From Eledone cirrhosa (lineage: Eukaryota), in the NCBI GenBank assembly GCA_964016885.1, contig OZ024742.1, positions 70,122,001-70,186,000 of the forward strand: a stretch of 64,000 nucleotides of DNA, in the 5' to 3' direction. Within the stretch, counting starts at the first letter, position 1. Each line of letters begins with the position of its first letter. A model generated the notes under the pieces. It searched no databases and had not been told where the DNA came from. It saw only the letters and a program-made list of their open reading frames with translations. This document shows, piece by piece, positions 11,454 to 27,333 of the stretch. The position numbers were made by a program, and so were the translations under genes.

Positions 11454-13160
11454 TTACAGGGTAAAATATAGTCTAGATAGAAGTAAAATATAAACCAGAA
11501 AAGGAAAATAAATTTTTGTCATAGGGCTTTGTAATTCCTTTGATATTTTGGAAGTCCCCATAGGGATACTATCTTCCAATGCTGTTATTGTGAAATATGA
11601 CAAAAATACTTGCCACAGCTCCAAAATTCTTTGTACATCTTGTTTCAAAGAAAGCCATCTTGTGCAGCTAATATGAAGAATTTTAGGAAGACTGATATTT
11701 ATAATTTTTTAAATTCCTTATATTTAGCTAGGTGCTTTGGACTGTTGCTTAAGTATTAAAAAACATTTCTTGCTAATTCTTCTAAATAATATGGCAATTC
11801 ATTGTAGGCTTTAGAAGCGTATAGATGCAAGGAATGGCAAACACAGGGGTGCATGAATATATCAGGATTTTTCTTCTTCAACATATGTTGAACTCCTCTT
11901 TGCTTCCCATCATAACATTGGTATTATCACTGGCAAATCCAATTAAGTTTTAAGAGATGTTATTTTCAATAAAGAATGATTGTAGACAATAGCAAATGCC
12001 AAGCGCATTACAGTCTTTAACTTTCAAAAGCGCCAAAGACTCTTCCACAGATTTTTGAATTTCAGAGTTGTAATATCTTACTACTAGAACAAGCTGCTTG
12101 TTGGTACAAATGTTTGTTGTTTCATTTACAATACGGGAAAACTTTGCTGAATTTAGTTTAGACAATAAATCATTAAAAGCATGGGAATCGATCACATTTG
12201 AAAAAGTGCAAGTTCTTTTAATTCTTGCGCACTTGATATCTTTGGCGATTTTTGATCAGAACATACTTTGGCAATAAGGCAGGCAAATGATCCAAAATAG
12301 CAATGGATAGGTTGTGCTCAGCAATAAATCCAGACAGTTTCAGCTCAGCTAATGCTATTTTCGTTAAGTGAGCAGAACATTGAGCAGGCTTTATGAAATC
12401 TGTCACCTTCACTGTTTGTTTTGCTACTTTCGCATTCTTTTGATGTTTTTTCTATCTCTTCATGCCTTACTGTTGCACAATTTACAGTAATCTTTACTTA
12501 TGTTCTTTTTATTCAATTCTAATCACGATGAAAATTTATCATCGCTTAACGATTTTGACGGAACTTTTATTTCATAGAAAGTGGATTTCAGTGTTTTCTC
12601 TGAGGAGTGTCCTTTTCGCAACTATCAGAACGATATACTATATTCACTTTTTTTCCCTACTTGTGATGGGTTAAAATGTTTCTCAAAAAGCAAAACAGCT
12701 AAGATATTGAAAGATGACGCCATCAAAGCACACTGCACGCCGTGTTACAACTGCTTAAACTAAACTGATACGGTTGTCTTCGTAGAATCCGTCTTAATCT
12801 ATCTATATTTAGATGTCCTTGTGTGTTGTCAGCGGAATCTATTCGCGTAAAACGTCCACTGACCGTAAGCGGATAGTACGATATTGGCTACCAGGATAAT
12901 ACAGAAGATGGTTGGCTATCGATTTGAAATACAACGCAAGTAAGGTCTGATGGGCAAATGCATTTAATGGATAGGTTCTCTATGTAAAAGTCATTATAGC
13001 TGATGGTGATTTTAGAATATCAATTAAGCCAAATTCGCGAAACAAGCACAATCTCTTAAACGTACAAAAATATCCGGACGTGGTACCAAACGTAGAGAAA
13101 AGTCAAATTAAGGGCAAATAATTCCAAATTTGTACGAACGTACCAACTTCGGCAGTGTTG
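11454..13160 (-). mobile_element. hAT-type DNA transposon, 5' part (decayed)
   Basis: Frameshifted fragments FIAEHNLSIAILDHL, FSRIVNETTNICTNKQLVLVVRYY, VQRILELWQVFLSYF. Terminal ctgccgaa motif at ~13148-13160 is shared with 17336-17348. Confidence 0.72.
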
Positions 13161-13575
13161 GTACATTAAGGACTTGGATATCATCTAGCATCCAGTCAAG
13201 TAGTCCTAATGTTGATATCATCACATGCACATCAAACACATTTTGGGCCACTGATTTAGTGGGTGCAGGGAGTTCAGAAGACCATATTTGTTTTATTCGG
13301 GTGTTATATTCCCTGGTTTCTCGTTACTTGATACAAATTCGATCATGGGATATATTTTCATTCATCCCTAGTATCTGTAGCAATCCTCGTCAGATACCAC
13401 TGAAACAGTCAGACCACTGATAGAGTTGTTGTTAGATTGGCATCTACTGGGCAGCTGACTTCCACTACTGTGCATTCATTCTTTTCTCTGTCCCATACCA
13501 CTATGTCTGGTCTGTTATGCTTGCATTTTATTGGGGTTTTGACTGGAACATTCCACCAGTACTCATTCTTATTAT
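13161..13575 (-). pseudogene. RLE-type (R4/Dong-like) non-LTR retrotransposon fragments
   Basis: 13409-13575: KHNRPDIVVWDREKNECTVVEVSCP (PD-(D/E)xK RLE). 13161-13330: EYNTRIKQIWSSEL...TLGLLDWMLDDIQVLNV (post-RT region). Confidence 0.75.
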
Positions 13576-13599
13576 GTATGTATATGTCGTGCACATAAT

Positions 13600-13790
13600 A
13601 TATATTCAAGTTTATGCACCAAACAAGGAGTCCGAATGCAGATCCTTCCTTGATGAAGTCACTGCAGCGTTAGATACAGTTAAGACTTCCATATATCCTG
13701 ATGGGAGACTTCTATGCACATGTTGGCACTGACCACCTGGCATGGAAAGGAGTGATTGGAAGAAATGACGACTCCAATCTAAATAATTAT
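13600..13790 (+). pseudogene. APE endonuclease fragment of an RTE-like LINE
   Basis: IQVYAPNKESECRSFLDEV then, after a frameshift, MGDFYAHVGTDHLAWKGVIGRN. Confidence 0.6.
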
Positions 13791-13868
13791 ATGCACATAT
13801 CTAATATGTAGGCATGTAAACATATCAGAAAAGGCGAATTTTACTGTAAATTGAAAAAAAATGATAAA

Positions 13869-13915
13869 CATCTTTAATCAATTTTCGGATCTTATTGGAC
13901 CTTCATCAGAAGACG
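13869..13915 (-). ncRNA. Minimal hammerhead ribozyme motif
   Basis: Minus strand: CGUCUU-CUGAUGA-AGGUCCAAUAAGAUCC-GAAA-AUUGAU-UA-AAGAUG. 6-bp stem I; stem III AAUUGAUU is self-complementary with wobbles. Confidence 0.72.
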
Positions 13916-13949
13916 TGTATATCATTATTCAACCACAAAGAAACATGTA

Positions 13950-14730
<781 letters not shown>

Positions 14731-14765
14731 TAAATATATATCAAATATATAAGAACCGTAGAGCA

Positions 14766-14832
<67 letters not shown>

Positions 14833-14836
<4 letters not shown>

Positions 14837-15224
14837 AATAATGGAGCTGCGGCGTTGCAAATGGGTTACATATGAAAAAGTAAGTCCTTCATCAGTGGCC
14901 TTCCAACCGTCCTAGGCATTTCATCACTTTAAAGGCCATATACCTCAGGTTGGTGCGAACAACGGCTAAAAAACGTCGTTGGGACACGTAAATAAAGGGG
15001 ACGCTGGGATGAACGAACAAAATGGTTTAAGCAACAGAAAGTAATGAAGAAGGAAACAAGTCCCAGATTTCTATGAATATAAACTCGGTGAAATCGTGAA
15101 CGAGAGACTAAAGACCATCAAACCTGGTTGAAATGTGAGCAAGGAAGGAATTTCGCACAGGTCTAACGGGAGGAAGAAGGGGTCTGGTCTGCGAATTCGG
15201 TAAACATAAGTTCTGTGAAGTCGC

Positions 15225-15283
<59 letters not shown>

Positions 15284-15330
15284 TACCGGCTTGGCCAAGA
15301 GGGCGCGAGAAAAGAATTCGGACAGGTCAA
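14833..15330. repeat. Dispersed ~0.5-kb repeat (second copy at 27785-28330)
   Basis: gataataatggagctgcggcg...cggacaggtcaaa is near-identical at both loci, each preceded by TA-rich microsatellite. Confidence 0.8.
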
Positions 15331-15471
15331 ACAGGAAGAAAGAGGAGGAGGAGGAGAGGTAGTGACAGAGAATGAGTGGGTGAAAGTTGAGGAAGAGGCT
15401 AACAGAGAGAGAGAGAGACTGCTAGAAAGGGTAAAGATACAAAGAACGAAACAGACGGGTGGCAGCAGAGG

Positions 15472-15940
<469 letters not shown>

Positions 15941-15962
15941 TTACTGCCCCCGTCTCTCAGGA

Positions 15963-16490
<528 letters not shown>

Positions 16491-17348
16491 GTATCAGTGA
16501 AATAAATGTGAATGATCCTTCTACATACCTTAAAATAGAAGACATCTATCATGGTACTACAGCCGAATGTATTTTGATAGAAAACTCTGCCACCATTCCC
16601 CAAAAGGAGACACAAGATTTTCGAGTAAAAATATTAAGTTTCTATGTGTGCCTCTCAAAACAAATGATGCCATGTTTCTTATCATGTAATGTATTTACAA
16701 ATTTAGAGATACTTGAAGCTTTAGACTCGAGCAATGTTATTGAAAGTAAACCAAAACCAATCTTACCATTGACAATGCAATTTTCCAATCTTGTGCATGA
16801 AGACCAATATCAACAAATAAATAGAGACTGGAGAGAATTGACTCTGTAAGATGCATCTCTAGATGCACAAAATGAGCCTGAGAAATACTGGTTTCTTGTT
16901 TCTCAAGAAAAACATAGTGACATATATTACTACCCGTTGCTATCTAAGTTCATGATACAACTTCTTTCATTGCTACATTCTTCAGCAGCTGCAGAAAGAG
17001 TTTTGTCCCTTCTGAACAACATGAAAACAAAAAATTGCAATACTTTAAAAGCATCAAATGTAAATGCCTTGTTAAAATCAAAGTCTCTGCTGCAAAATGT
17101 TAACTACACTAAGTGGCATCTACAACAACTTTATCTCAAACTACAAGAAAGAAACTGGTACAGCAAGAAAAGTGTTGTAGAAGACATTTCTTTTTAATTA
17201 TTCCAAAATATATAAAGTAAATGTCAAACATTTTCTTTTTTAGCACATAGGCTTTCATATTGATGTGATTGGATTTGGTACGTTTTTGTATATTTTGGTA
17301 CTTTTTAAACAGTTTTTGGTACTATTGAGAAAAAGTTTCGGCAGCCTG
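16491..17348 (+). mobile_element. hAT-type DNA transposon, 3' part (dimerization domain and terminal repeat)
   Basis: YLKIEDIYHG...FYVCLSKQM; YPLLSKFMIQLLSLLHSSAAAERVLSLLNNMKTKNCNTL (hAT C-terminal S-A-x-x-E-R motif). Ends ttcggcagcctg. Confidence 0.78.
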
Positions 17349-18455
17349 GGTTAAAACCCCCAAAGTTCTAAGCGGCACCGAAAATGTTTACATCAACAGT
17401 GACATAGCCCGCCTCTACCTGAAACGTAAACAGGGAGGTAGAGGCTTAACATCAGTTCAAACTGCATTTTAGTGTCGCATCATTTCCCTCCGCCATCTAC
17501 GAACCATCAAGATTAAAATTCCATCATTAGAATAAGTCTGTCTACATGAAGCAGATTACATCATGAAAGTTGGGAAGAAACTCCTTTAGAAATGCACCTT
17601 GCATGATAAACAAAATCTCATACCAAGGGAAATTGCCCAGCAATACTGCAATGAATCTATAGATGAAAAGCTGCATGCTTATCAAAAAAAAAATAGAAAA
17701 ACGTCATGGATGTTGCTAAAAAGCTCCAGTGTGAGAGTAATATAGATAAGTAGTCTATCTTGAACCAACAAATATTAGCTCTTAATTTGAAGGAAATACT
17801 TTTACAATTGAAGGACAGGAAATAGCTGATACAAAATAAAAGAAGAGATAGTAATGTAAGCGAAACACCGAGATATGACAACAGATGCAGACTCTGGAAT
17901 ACACATCCAGGATGTCACATACCATAAACAGCTGTCCAAAGATGTCATCACGACACTATCTAGGCATGATGTAGTGGCCAAAACACTATAGAATACAATC
18001 TGTAGAAAAGATAGTCCTAAAAATAAACATATAAAACGTTCAGTGATGTGGAGAACATATACATACATAATATGATGGAATGTTCCAATCAAAACCTCAA
18101 TAAAATGCAAGCATAACAGACTCGACATAGTAATATGGGACAGAGAAAAGAAGGCATGTACAGTAGTGGAAATTAGCTGCTCAGTAGATATCAATATACT
18201 ACAAAGGACTAGTGAAAAGAAAAACATTTATGCTGAACTAATAAGGTATTTGAAGATGCTCCACCTTGACTATACTTTTAGATTTATATCTGTGATCATT
18301 GGGGCTCTAGAATATGTTACTAACAGTCTCAGTACAAATCTTGAGAATCTGGGTTTCACAGAACCAAAAAGGTCACGGCTAGTTAGGAAATTTCAAGTAC
18401 AGTCCATTAATGGAACTGTAAAATTTGTAGATCATTTCAGAAATTCAGTATGTAA
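17349..18455 (+). pseudogene. RLE-type (R4/Dong-like) non-LTR retrotransposon 3' portion
   Basis: NSDIARLYLKRKQGGRGL, RHDVVAK, KHNRLDIVIWDREKKACTVVEISC, ISVIIGALEYV; many stops. Confidence 0.78.
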
Positions 18456-18866
18456 TGACGTCATATACACAAGTATAGATAGAGAAATATATGCACATGT
18501 AACATAACTAAAGAAATACATGTCCACACATGCAATATTATCCATGCCTGCACGCACACACAAACACACACACACGCGCGTGTTTACCTAGTTGATATTG
18601 TCTAAATTCCAATGAAAGAGTCTTCTTTCTGTTAGAAACCGGCTCTATTTCTATTGGTGAAAATTTATAAAATAATAAAACCAGAAGAAAATACATACAA
18701 ACATACATACATACATACATACATACATACATACATACATACATACATACATACATACATACATACATACATACATACATACATACATACATAAATACAT
18801 ACATACATGATGATGGCTGCCCCCTCGTTATCGAGTATGGCCATTGCACGAGAAGAAAAAAAAAAA

Positions 18867-18898
<32 letters not shown>

Positions 18899-18902
<4 letters not shown>

Positions 18903-19013
18903 TGTTTCTACTTTAGGCACAAGGCCAGCAATTACCCAGTGCAATACTGGTACTTTATTTTATCGACCCCGTAAGGATGAAAGGCAAAGTTAACCTCGGC
19001 GGGATTTGAACTC
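18899..19013 (-). mobile_element. tRNA-derived SINE, partial copy
   Basis: Matches 24959-25131; B box GAGTTCAAATCCC on the minus strand. Confidence 0.75.
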
Positions 19014-19261
19014 AATAATAATAAATAAATAAAAAGAAAAAAAAAAAAAAGAAATATGTATATATATATATATATATATACACATACACATATACACACA
19101 CACACACACACTCACACACATACATTAATAACAATAATAATAATAATAATCATAACAACAACAATAATAACGACAACAACAATAATAATATACATATACA
19201 TATATATATATACACACGCACACACATAAGCATATCTACACACACACACACACGATAGCAA

Positions 19262-21080
19262 CTAACAGCGCTGCGATCGAATGTGGCTTTTTAGCCCAGC
19301 CAATGATCTAAAATGTCTTGCACAGAGTCGGCAACCAAAACATTCACTGGGAATAGTCGGCTGTGGTTGGAGTTCGTGTACTTTTGCATGTCGCTTGAGT
19401 CCTCCTGCTGATTTACATTCTCTACCACATGTTTGGCAAGCATGATGAGTAGCATCTCCAACAGCAGCCTGGTAGTCAACCACTGGTCTTACTTTATGAC
19501 TGCGAAGATGACTTTCGAGTCCAGCTTTGCTTAGGCAGAGTCTCGCACATACGCTGCATGTCAGCACCATAGGAGGACCCTCGCCGTCTGGAAGTGCAAC
19601 AGCAATGCCCTTCCTCACATCCCGCTTTACTTTCTCGTATGCGATTCGAGATGCCTCAAAGGCAACTTTTCCCTCATATACAGTCTTTCTCCATTTATTA
19701 CGATCAGCAGCAATATTTTCCCATGTATCAGCAGAGATGTTAGCGTCTTTCAGAGAGGATTTCAAGGAATCCTTATACCACCTTTTTGGTTTATGTGGCG
19801 GTCGTTTTCCTTTAACCAACTCTCCATAGAAGATTTGTTTTGGTATTCTAGAATCCTTCATCCTGGCAAGGTGACCACTCCAACGGAGTCGTTGCTTAAG
19901 CACAAGAGCTTCTATACTGTCACACATAGAGCTTTCCAAAATCTCGACATCGCTGATGTGGTCCTTCCAGTGAACGCCATGGATCCGTCTGAGACACATC
20001 TGATGGAAACGCTCCAATTGCTTAAGGTGGTGTCGATATGTGACCCAGGTCTCGCAGGCATAAAGAAGACAAGAGAGCACACATGCCCTGTACACCTTTA
20101 CCTTTGTCCTCCTGCATATATCTCGCCGACCCCAGAGTCGCCTTTCTAGCTTTCCGAAAGCATCACTTGCTTTCCTAATCCTAAGTGAGATTTCACTGTC
20201 AAGGTTGCTGTATCGATTGACAGTGCTTCCCAGGTAGACAAACTGATCAACCACTCCAAGTCGTTTGCCATACACATAGATGTTTGGTTCAGTGTACTGC
20301 TTACCAGGGGCAGGTTGGTACATGACGACGGTTTTCTTGAGACTGAAAGTCAGACCTAGGGCAGTGCAAGCGTCAGAAAATGTATTCAAAATGTGCTGCA
20401 TATCACTCTCTGTGTGCGCTACAAGATCGCAATCATCTGCATACAAGAGGTCTCTTATGATTGATGTAAATACCTTTGTCTTCGCAGCAAAGCGCCTGAT
20501 GTTAAATATGCTGCCTGAGGTTCGATATCGGATGTAAACACCATGCTCGCAATTCCTGAATGCAATACAGAAAACCATTGCAAAGTATATGGCAAACAGG
20601 GTCGGTGCTGGAATATCCCCCTGTTTCACTCCATTTTTTACTGAGATAGACTCTGACATGTTACCTCCGACATTAACCCAAGCCTTCATGTCGTCATGGA
20701 AAGACCTAACTAAATCAAGGAACTTATCAGGGCAACCAAGTTTCTGGAGAACCTTCCATAATGCATCTCTGTTAACAGTATCGAAAGCTTTTGTCAGATC
20801 GACAAAAACCTAATACAGATCCAAGCCTTGTTCCATGCACTTGTCCTGGAGCTGTCTAGCTGAGAAGATCATATCAGTAGTGCCGCGTCCAGCACGAAAA
20901 CCAGATTGACTTTCAGGAAGAACACAATCTGCAATGTGTGTCAGCAGACGGTCCAGAAGCACCCTATATAAAACTTTCCCTACGACAGAAAGCAATGATA
21001 TACCTCTGTAGTTCCCACAATCGATCCTGTTACCCTTTCCCTTGTACAAGACCACCATTACTGCATCTCTCCAGTCCTCA
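19262..21080 (-). pseudogene. RTE reverse transcriptase with three C-terminal C2H2-type zinc fingers
   Basis: NYRGISLL, ESQSGFR, *VFVDLTKAFD, GVKQG, LLYADD, YLGS. ORFs 20810-21058 and 19262-20689 are in one frame, separated by a TAG at 20810-20812. Confidence 0.85.
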
Positions 21081-21092
21081 AAAGTAATAATA

Positions 21093-21123
<31 letters not shown>

Positions 21124-21559
21124 TAGTACACTATTAATAATTATTAATGCACTCGTGCAATGCCTGTGCGTGACGAATATTTTTAAAGTGAGGAAAGACT
21201 GTGCACTGAGCCAATCCCACTCTCTGAGCGACAGTAGCTATAACCCGAAAAGAAGAAAAGATCAACATCATCGGTAACTACTGAGCCGCAGGTTTTATGT
21301 CGGAGTTAACCCAGTTTCCTGAGATGCCTTCTCCTAGAAGAATGCCCTGACAAGGGCTAGAGGTTCTTCACTCCCAGTGGTTTAACTGCGCGATCGGGCA
21401 TCCAGCCCGATTATTTCTATGTCCCCGCGCAAAAAAAAAAAAAAAAAAAAAATCACTTATTGACACTTATACGTACGACACACACACGCGCATACATATG
21501 CGCGCACACAGCAACACTCATACATACAAACAAACACACACACGCTACTCTACTCACTT

Positions 21560-21597
<38 letters not shown>

Positions 21598-22694
21598 TAC
21601 CGTCATTACTGATACAAGATTACAAGATTATGTCAACTGTTGACTTTCAAGAGTTTGTATAGTTGAAGCCGATCGTACTACAGTCCAGTATTATTATAAT
21701 TGCTTTACAGCATAGAGTCACGGCCCTCCACGCCCTGAGCTCAAATCCCGCCGAGGTCAACCCTGCCTTTCATCCCCACGGAGTCAACAAAAGAGAGTAC
21801 CAGTGATGCGCTGGACCAGTCGCTGGATCCGTGCCAAAAGCAGAAAAATTATTATTAAAGTTGTTTTCTTAAGGCCCGGTCGCTGGTGATGGTGATGGCG
21901 GCGGCGGTAGTGGTGGTGGTGGCAGTTGATGTTGTTGTTGTGTTGTGTGCGTGTGTGTGTGTGTTTTGTTATTTTGAGTTGTTTTTTTTTTCCTTTTTTT
22001 TTCCCTTTTTTTTTTCCTTTTTTTTTCCTTTTTATTTTCCCTTCCCTTTCTTTTTTTTATCTTTTGATGCCGCTGTTGTTGTTGTTGTAAATGTTCATTT
22101 CAGTTCATTCTGAAGCTGTTGTTGCTGTAAACATTAGTGCCGGTGTTGTTGTTGTAGATGTTGGGGTTGAAATCTGGTCGTTTGACTGAGTGATGTATAT
22201 ACACACATATATACATACATATATATATATATAAAATATTAAAAAAATAATGAATAAAACAATGAAACAGTTCCTTATATTAAACAAAAAAAGTTCATTA
22301 TTTAACGATCGTTTCTAGGACATATATGTGTTAGAATTGGCATGCATATTCAAAAGATCTATGTACAAAATTATACAAACTATCAAAGAGAATATACATA
22401 CCAACACATATATATGCTGTCTTCAGAAATAATGAAGTATATTTATTGATAATAACAACAATTCAAAATTACAGGTCTGTTTGGGAACAGATTTAAAATA
22501 GACCAATGAAATACATAAAAATTCATCAAGAAAATACAGTTAGGTGTGTGTATATATGTAAGTAACTTCGTTCCCAGATATGCATAAAAATGTATGTTCA
22601 CATGCATACGCATGTCGAAAAAAGTGTATGTAAATATAAAAATTCAGGGCTAATGTCTCTGTATGTTTATAATCCACAGACAAAATATACATAC

Positions 22695-22731
<37 letters not shown>

Positions 22732-23108
22732 TACATACATTCATACACACACACGCATATACACATAAACACACACATATCTACGAACACACACGCATAT
22801 ATACACATACACACACACACATACGTATATATTATTATTATAACTATATGGATATTGAGGCGCACACATAAACACGGCCACACACACATCTAGATGCAGA
22901 ATTAAAAGGAGGTAAGGGAGTAAGTAATTAAGGAGGGTGTCAGACTCAGCATATTTATAAAAATGTATCTATAAATTTAGAAATAAAAAGAAATATAATA
23001 AAAGAAATATAATAAAAACATAAAAAAACATAAAAGAGAGACATAAAATATACATGCTTATATACATACGCACATTTACACATCCATACGTTCGATACAC
23101 ACATACAT

Positions 23109-23147
<39 letters not shown>

Positions 23148-23298
23148 TATATACACACATATATATACACACATATATATACACACACACACACACATAC
23201 ATATACGTATATATACATACACACACATACCCATGTATATATACACACAACCACACACTCACACACACTCAGACATACATAAATATAGAGACATACAT

Positions 23299-23401
<103 letters not shown>

Positions 23402-23649
23402 CACAATATATATATATATAAAAATATATATATATATAAAATATATATATATATAAAAAATATATATATATATATATATTTTATATATATATATATAAAT
23501 ATATAAAAAATAAATAAATATATATATATATAAATATATATATATATAAAAAATAAATAAATACACACAGTCAGACAATTATGCACATATATACACATAC
23601 ATACACACATCTCTACAAATACATATACATACACATACATACATACACG

Positions 23650-23696
<47 letters not shown>

Positions 23697-23929
23697 TCAT
23701 ACACACTTATTTACATGCGCACATATGTATTTTTATACTCACATACAAACACACAAACATACATACATACTTACATACACATACATACATCCACGCTTAC
23801 AAATACGAATAATTATGGGGGGGGATTAAAATTATTAGTGGGAAATAGTAAATATAGGTTTGAAGGAACATAGAATATTAATCTGCATTTAAATCATAAT
23901 ATGTGTTTACATAGTAGTGTCAGTATTAG

Positions 23930-24845
23930 GAAATGGTATCTGTAAGAAAGAAGGCTAAATTATGCATTTTAATATAAGTAGACTATTAATTATAGGTTAA
24001 TTAAAGTAAAAATAGTTAATATATTAATTTCTAAGGTGTATACTACTTAGGTTTATAATATTTAAAGCGGAATTATGAAGTTAAACAGTAGTAGAGTATT
24101 AATTATAGCATAACTAAATTAAAAATATTAACATGATGGTATCAATTTTAGGAAATGAATTTTGTAATAGGGAAAGCCAAATCAAGTATTTCATCGGTAG
24201 TAGAATATTAATTATAGGTTAACTAAATTAAAAATTATATATTAATTTCTATAGTATATGTTAATTAGGTTTATAATAATTAAAGCAAAATTTTGTATTT
24301 TATCTATAGTAGAATATAATTATAGGTTAACTAAATTAAAATTAATCTATATATTTATTTGTAAAGAATATATTAATTAGGTATATATTTAAAAGTTTTT
24401 CTCAGTTTATGATTACATGATATTCTGCAATCCATCTGTATTAGAATTTTAATTTTAAGCTAACTAAATTAAAATTATAGGTTAACTAAATTAAAATTAA
24501 TTTATAAATTAATTTCTAAATTGTATATTAATTAGGTTTATAATATTAAAAAGTATTTCTCTGTTATTGATTACACGATATTTTGTTATATTTCATCTGT
24601 AAAGGAATTTTAATAAAAGGTTAAATAAACTAAAATTAATCTATATATTAATCTCCAAAGTATATATTAATTATGTTAATAATATTTAAAAGTTTTTCAC
24701 AGTTTATGATTAACGATATTTTTTAATTTCATCTGTAGTAGAATTTTAATTAAATTAAAATTATAGGTTAACTACATTTAAATTAATTTATATATTAATT
24801 TCTAAAATATATATTATTAATTAGGTTTATAATATTTAAATGTTT
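23930..24845. repeat. Degenerate AT-rich tandem repeat (unit ~110-145 bp)
   Basis: The motif tagtagaatattaattataggttaactaaattaaaatt...attaattaggtttataatatttaaa recurs about 7-8 times. Confidence 0.75.
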
Positions 24846-24958
24846 TTCTGTTGGTATGTATATTCTCTTTGATAGTTTGTATAATTTTGTACATAGATCT
24901 TTTGAATATGCATGCCAATTCTAACACATATATGTCCTAGAAACGATCGTTAAATAAT

Positions 24959-25131
24959 TGTTTCTACTTTAGGCACAAGGCCAGCAATTATCCAGTGCAT
25001 TACTGGTACTTTATTTTATCGACCCCGTAAGGATGAAAGGCAAAGTCAACCTCGGCGGGATTTGAACTCAGATCGTAAAGGGACGTAACTATGCTGGAAA
25101 ACATGGCGTCCGACCCTCTCCCGATACTGCC
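24959..25131 (-). mobile_element. tRNA-derived SINE with an 11-bp TSD
   Basis: TSD cgttaaataat at 24948-24958 and 25132-25142. A-box-like GGCAGTATCGG and B box GAGTTCAAATCCC on the minus strand. Related copies at ~1230-1340, 21734-21850, 29591-29686, 30344-30416, 38240-38350, 41128-41300, 41337-41553, 42307-42490, 57659-57750, 57767-57955. Confidence 0.88.
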
Positions 25132-25777
25132 CGTTAAATAATGAACTTTTTTTGTTTAATATAAGGAACTGTTTCATTGTTTTATTCATTATTTTTTTTA
25201 TATTTTATCTTGACTCTGTATTCCGTTTATCTTTCACCGAAAGTGATTTTTGAATGCATCTCTTCTTTCCATGATATCCAGATTACATTGAGTTCTTCAT
25301 ACAGATTGGACACTAACGTAAACTTTTGGTAGATTTATCTACTATATATATATATATACACATTCAACAGAGAGTAGAGAGTTTGACAACAGGTCGATGA
25401 CTTTAGTCTAGATAGGGTAATGACATGTGATGGTGGGGAGAGAGTGTAGACGTTATTGTGGTGGTGGGGGACAGTGAGATGTATCTAGTTCATTTGTTCG
25501 TTTTCTTCTCTTTGCAAAATTTGAATTTTAGCCATGTTATATTGAGATGTAAGTAAATGTAAAATGTAAAATATAAATAAGGATTGCTCTGCTAAAATAT
25601 ACTAAAATATTTGTGTAACTTCCACAAACTTCTGTCGTGACATTCCCGAGTCCAGTGACCAAAATATTGTTGTATTTTGATGTTTCAGAATACAAAAATT
25701 AATTAAAAACTTACCCCACGAAAAGACAGCGTGTGTTGTCCTATCTATAAGCTCCCTCATACATACATACATACATA

Positions 25778-26180
25778 CATGGTGGCTGCCAACTCGTTTT
25801 CGAGTACGGCCACTACTTTATATCCATGTAAGAGAACCCTTACCGATACGCTGAACGAGTGTGACGTTTTAGTCCAGCCAGCGACTTGAAAACTCTGGTA
25901 CAAACACTACACTTGTGACAATTATTGACACATAGTGCTGGGCTCATGTTACCATATGACGACAAGTGTAGAGAGATCTCCAGATATAAAGCAATACCTG
26001 TGCCGTGAAGCTTTTATAGTGAGCAAACGCACTGCACAAAGCCAGTCCCACTCTCTTAACCAAGATGATATTTAGCAAAAAGAAGAAAAAGTCAACATCA
26101 TTGGATACCATCAGGGTTGCAGGTGTTATATCAGAGTTTTCCTTCTCCTAGAATTCTGCCTTGACAAAAGCTAAGGGGTC
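25778..26180 (-). mobile_element. Short internally deleted RTE derivative (5' UTR + 3' tail)
   Basis: The end catggtggctgcc..ctcgtt.tcgagta.ggcca matches 18805-18845. 26025-26180 matches 21195-21365. Confidence 0.6.
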
Positions 26181-26201
26181 ATCTCTCCCGACATACATAC
26201 A

Positions 26202-26253
<52 letters not shown>

Positions 26254-26367
26254 CATACATATATTTATGTAAGCGGGTAGAAATGTATGTACGTATGGAT
26301 GATCTAATTCATGTCGATATGTACAATGAATGATGTTCATACTCATATAATCAATAGGCAGACAGAC

Positions 26368-26457
<90 letters not shown>

Positions 26458-27036
26458 TTGTGGGGCAAAAAGAAAGAAGTACAAAAAATAAAGAAAAAAA
26501 GAGAGAAGTGGAAATGGTAGAAAGATAGGAAAGAGGAAAGAATGAAAATAGAGAGTAAGATAAAAAAGAAAGAAAGACACAAGAGATAAATACAAGAATG
26601 GGAGATTGGGAGGTTGAGTAGATAAAAGGAGTGGAGCGATTGACACAGTTTCTGGTGACGGTCGGGCGTTTCTTGTAAAACCGAAGAAGCTGGACGGACA
26701 TACACAAAAAGATCGCCCCTGATGGTAAGGGATGTTAGAAGTTGTGTTGTATATTTGGTGAAGTGATGGTAGCGGTAGGTTTATAAGTTAGAATTACTAA
26801 GAAATTACAGTGTAAGTTTTTTGTGAAAGGAATATTACAAGATCGTTAGTAAATAACCCAAAATAAAAAAAAAAAACCATGATGGGCCCCGGATTATTTG
26901 TGCCATTGGAGAGGGAAGGATCACACACATACAGACTCACATACACACACACACTCACGTACACTCGTGTGTGTGTTTATATGTGAATGTGTTTGTTATA
27001 TATATATATATATATATATATATAACAAACTCATTC

Positions 27037-27070
<34 letters not shown>

Positions 27071-27107
27071 ATAAATATGTATGTGCGTATATATATATAT
27101 ATATATA

Positions 27108-27300
27108 ACGAAGGAAGTGTGGTAAGGAACCAGGTGGACCATAACGCACCAGAGTACTCGACACTTTGGGTAGTAGAGTGGGAAATAGGAAAAGAGTCAG
27201 GACCCCGACGGCAGAGCTCAAACCATTTCGACGGCTATTTCTGGAAATAGCCGTTGAAACGGCTTGAGCTCTGCCGTCGGGGTCCTGACTCTTTTCATAT
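27108..27300 (-). mobile_element. Small fold-back element, same family as 10198-10406
   Basis: Same tail start aacgaaggaa.tgtggtaagg. Arms 27185-27241 / 27244-27300 with a 2-nt loop. Confidence 0.8.
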
Positions 27301-27333
27301 ATATATATATATATATATATAATGTATATATAT

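Larger units (their letters stand above)
18805..21420 (-). mobile_element. RTE-clade LINE lacking the APE region, with interrupted 3' UTR
   Basis: RT at 19262-21080. RTE-like 3' tail ...gataacgagggggcagccatcatcat at 18805-18850, separated from the ORF by a SINE and microsatellites. 5'-UTR-like block at 21150-21420 is shared with 26025-26180. Confidence 0.7.

Noticed and set aside
24959-25131. tRNA gene
   Set aside because: A/B boxes are present but no cloverleaf is evident; dispersed copies with a TSD indicate a SINE.
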